From an uncultured Syntrophobacterales bacterium (lineage in GTDB: Bacteria > Desulfobacterota > Binatia > UBA9968 > JAJDTQ01): a stretch of DNA of 64,000 bases. Of the stretch, positions 61,380 through 64,000 are shown in pieces. Where the stretch lies: positions 48,536 to 112,535 of the forward strand of contig CAZVUC010000017.1 in NCBI GenBank assembly GCA_964630405.1. Direction: 5' to 3'. The translations under genes and the position numbers were made by a program. Every line of letters begins with the position of its first letter. Position 1 is the first letter of the stretch. The notes below the pieces were generated by a model that did not search any database, was not told where the DNA came from, and saw nothing but the letters and a program-made list of their open reading frames with translations.

Positions 61380-62825
61380 ATGACCGACCACGACATGACG
61401 GAGTTGACGATCGCCGCGGCCGCGGCCCAGATCAAGAGCGGGGGTGCTTCACCGGTGGAGCTCACCGAACTAATGCTCGCGCGCATCGACCGCCTGAACC
61501 GTGAGTTGGTGGCCTACGTCACGGTATCGAGCGACGAGGCGCTGGCGGACGCGCGGGCGGCGGAGGCAGAGATACGCGGCGGCAAGTATCGCGGGCCGCT
61601 TCACGGGATTCCGCTGTCCATCAAGGACAACATCGCCACGAAGGGCATCCGCACCACGGCGGGGTCCAAGGTGCTGGAAGAGTGTGTCCCGGACTACGAC
61701 GCCACGGTGGTGACACGGCTCCGGGAGGCGGGGGCGGTAATCCTGGGCAAGACCAACATGCACGAGTGGGCCAACGGCGGCACCACCATCAACCCGTTCT
61801 ACGGCACCACCCGAAACCCCTGGGACACCGAGCGGATCGCCGGCGGCTCCAGCGGCGGTTCGGCCGCAGGGCTGGCGGCGAGCCTGTGCCTGGGCTCCAT
61901 CGGCACTGACAACGGCGGGTCGGTGAGGAATCCCGCCTCGCTGTGCGGAACGGTGGGGTTCAAGCCTACCTACGGGCGCATCAGCCGGTTCGGGCACGTG
62001 CCGGGCGACGGCGGCTTCAGCACCAACCACCTGGGGGTGTTCAGCAAGACGGTGCGAGACTGCGCGCTGATCCTGCGGGCGATCGCGGGCAAGGACCCCA
62101 AGGATCCCAACAGCGCGGACGAGCCGGTGCCGGACTACGAGGACGGCCTGGACGGGGGTATCGAGGGCCTCCGGATCGGAATCGTCAAGGACTACTTTGA
62201 CCGGTACATGACGCGGGCGGTCCGGGAGGCGTTCGCGGAGGCGCAGCGCCAGCTCGAATCTCTCGGAGCCAAGCTGGTGGAGGTGGAGGTGCCGCACCTG
62301 GACGCGACCCGGGTGGCCTGGCCCTGCATCACGCGGCCGGAGAACGTGGTGGAGAATCTGCCCTACCTGACGGCCAGACCGCGAGACTACAGCCCACGCC
62401 TGCTTCGTCAGAACATCGGCGCCATGCTGATCCCCGCCGACGCCTACGTCACCGCCCAGCGCATCCGGCGCCTGCTGTGCCGGGAGTTCGACGAGGTGTT
62501 TGGGCAGGTGGATATCGTCGCGGCACCTACGGCCGCGGTACCCGCGCCCACCATCGAGGAGTCTGAGCAGGCGGTCATGGTGGTGGACGGAGAGGAAATC
62601 CGGCTGGAAAGCCCGGGCGTGAACTTCCGCTCGCTCTTCACCACGCCCTTCAACCTCACCGGGCTGCCGGCCCTGAGCGTCAACTGCGGCTTCTCGGCGG
62701 GCGGCCTGCCCATCGGGCTCCAACTCGTGGGGCCGCGTTTCCGGGAAAAACGGGTGCTGCGCGCCGCCCACGCCTACGAGCAGGCGGCCGGCTGGTTCCG
62801 GCGCACGCCGCCAAAGGGAGGGTGA
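61380..62825 (+). CDS. Amidase-signature family amidase
   Basis: AS signature GGSSGGSAAGLAASLCLGSIGTDNGGSVRNPAS with the Ser-cisSer-Lys triad context (K in IKDN); GAGGAG RBS. Confidence 0.85.
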   Translation: MTDHDMTELTIAAAAAQIKSGGASPVELTELMLARIDRLNRELVAYVTVSSDEALADARAAEAEIRGGKYRGPLHGIPLSIKDNIATKGIRTTAGSKVLEECVPDYDATVVTRLREAGAVILGKTNMHEWANGGTTINPFYGTTRNPWDTERIAGGSSGGSAAGLAASLCLGSIGTDNGGSVRNPASLCGTVGFKPTYGRISRFGHVPGDGGFSTNHLGVFSKTVRDCALILRAIAGKDPKDPNSADEPVPDYEDGLDGGIEGLRIGIVKDYFDRYMTRAVREAFAEAQRQLESLGAKLVEVEVPHLDATRVAWPCITRPENVVENLPYLTARPRDYSPRLLRQNIGAMLIPADAYVTAQRIRRLLCREFDEVFGQVDIVAAPTAAVPAPTIEESEQAVMVVDGEEIRLESPGVNFRSLFTTPFNLTGLPALSVNCGFSAGGLPIGLQLVGPRFREKRVLRAAHAYEQAAGWFRRTPPKGG

Positions 62826-62830
62826 ACGGC

Positions 62831-63571
62831 TCAAGCCACGGAACGCATCCTCGTGGCTACGGCTTCCGCTCCCAGCACGCGGTCCAGGAAGTTGACGGAC
62901 AGCGGCCAGGTGAGCTTGGCCAGCGCCGGGTCGTAGGCGTCGCCGTCGGCCAGGGCGAAACCGTGGCCGGCGGGCGGGAAGAAGTGCCACTCGACGTCCG
63001 GCGTGCCTTCCAGGAAGGCCGCCCGAAGCTTTTCCTGCACCGGCACCGGCGCCACGCGGTCATGGCCACCGAACAGGACCATGGACGGACAGTGGATCTC
63101 ACGGGCGGACTCGTTGGGGTGGCGCGGCCTGAGCTCGCTCGGGCCTTCCTCCCGCACCGACGGGTAGTAACCCAGGTACGCCGCAACCTGGGGCGTCGCC
63201 GCGACGAAATGGATGCCGATGCGCCCGCCCATGCACAGGCCCATGACCGCCACGCGCTTCTCGTCCACGTCGGCCCGCCCGCAAAGGTACTGCCAGCCCT
63301 GGCCGATGACCTCGACAAAGCGCCCGTCCGTGGTCTTCTTCTGGACGTCGTGGAAGTCGGAGAAGCCCAGGATGTCGTAGAGGGCCGGCACCATGGTGGT
63401 GTACCCGGCCTCGGCGAACTCACAGGCCATGTGCTTGATGTGGCCGGTGACCCCGTAGTGGTGATGGACGATGAGCAGCGCCGGCCCCGGCGCGTCCCGT
63501 TCCGGCGAAGCGATGAAGCCGGGCACCCCGTCCTGCTCCTGCGTCAGCGCGCGAGTGATGATCTTCGACAT
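62831..63571 (-). CDS. Dienelactone hydrolase family protein
   Basis: DLH nucleophile motif VMGLCMGG and C-terminal His; 246 aa. Confidence 0.8.
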   Translation of the reverse strand: MSKIITRALTQEQDGVPGFIASPERDAPGPALLIVHHHYGVTGHIKHMACEFAEAGYTTMVPALYDILGFSDFHDVQKKTTDGRFVEVIGQGWQYLCGRADVDEKRVAVMGLCMGGRIGIHFVAATPQVAAYLGYYPSVREEGPSELRPRHPNESAREIHCPSMVLFGGHDRVAPVPVQEKLRAAFLEGTPDVEWHFFPPAGHGFALADGDAYDPALAKLTWPLSVNFLDRVLGAEAVATRMRSVA

Positions 63572-63651
63572 GGTCCCCTCCTGCTAACCCTTCATTCTTC
63601 CATGTTCCCAGCAACCATTATGCCCCTTCGTGGGGTATGCGGGTCAAACGG

Positions 63652-64000
63652 TCAACAGCCCGAGGCCGGGTCCTCCGAGCGGCGAGCCTGCCTCAGCCGC
63701 CGGGTCGCTTCCAAATCCGCGGCGCCGGTCTCCCGGTCCACCACCACCCCGTAGTGGAGCCGCGCGTTCTCCGGCGACAGCAGTTCGGCGGCCACGTCGT
63801 CCAGGACAGCCTCCACCGGCCGCTCGTAGGGGTCGCCATATCCACCGCCCCCGGCGGAGCGTATCTCGGCCACGTCGCCGCCACGGGGATGGTGCATGGC
63901 GGCCCGGTGGAATTCCAGCGCTTCGCCATCCTCCGAGCGCACCCGCACCGTCCCGGCCGCGGCCGACGAGCCGCCGGCCAGCCCGAACGGCGCGGTCTCC
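63652..64000 (-). CDS. Hydantoinase B/oxoprolinase family protein, C-terminal fragment (continues beyond the window)
   Basis: The C-terminal block GGGGYGDPYERPVEAVLDDV...ENARLHYGVVVD is characteristic of the HyuB family; the ORF stays open upstream to the window edge. Confidence 0.6.
   Translation of the reverse strand, partial: ETAPFGLAGGSSAAAGTVRVRSEDGEALEFHRAAMHHPRGGDVAEIRSAGGGGYGDPYERPVEAVLDDVAAELLSPENARLHYGVVVDRETGAADLEATRRLRQARRSEDPASGC

Overview
The window is high-GC (~68%) bacterial chromosomal DNA, apparently from a Gram-negative organism, since it carries lipoproteins with lipobox signals, an MscK-type channel and an RRM RNA-binding protein. Phylum cannot be assigned from the sequence alone. 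Most of it is ordinary metabolism and transport. Core genes are gltB/gltD glutamate synthase, thrC, two separate xanthine-dehydrogenase-family molybdoenzyme loci (one with coxS/M/L-like order), NitT/TauT-type and MsbA-type ABC transporters, an MFS and a DMT transporter, and an RRM protein with a DEAD-box helicase. There are also an amidase, an amidohydrolase, aldehyde, hydroxy-acid and alcohol dehydrogenases, and an enoyl-CoA hydratase. Several items go beyond routine annotation: (1) a glutaredoxin-fold ORF split by an in-frame TGA at the CxxC cysteine, with a SECIS-like hairpin, is a likely selenoprotein; (2) two paralogous lipoproteins each join a metzincin HExxHxxGxxH zinc-protease domain to a TbpB-like C-terminal barrel ending GAFGG(K/R); (3) an orphan EutA-like reactivase ATPase sits in an apparent operon with a bicupin protein and a zinc-dependent dehydrogenase, and a second bicupin paralog lies 45 kb away; (4) two tandem paralogous thiamine-diphosphate enzymes are separated by an inverted pair of ATTCCC-N8-GGGAAT palindromes; (5) a REP-like palindrome GGGCGGGTTTGAAACCCGCCC recurs three times just after stop codons; (6) two lower-GC islets (about 50.1-52.4 kb and 55.2-58.9 kb) carry an IS1-family transposase, a DUF4160/DUF2442 pair with an operator-like palindrome, a degenerate UDG-fold protein and small orphan ORFs; (7) a DUF4258/YgiT-zinc-finger toxin-antitoxin pair; and (8) a Dabb-isochorismatase fusion protein. 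No rRNA, tRNA or CRISPR arrays were found. Many long opposite-strand ORFs in the six-frame track are GC-driven artefacts and were not called.
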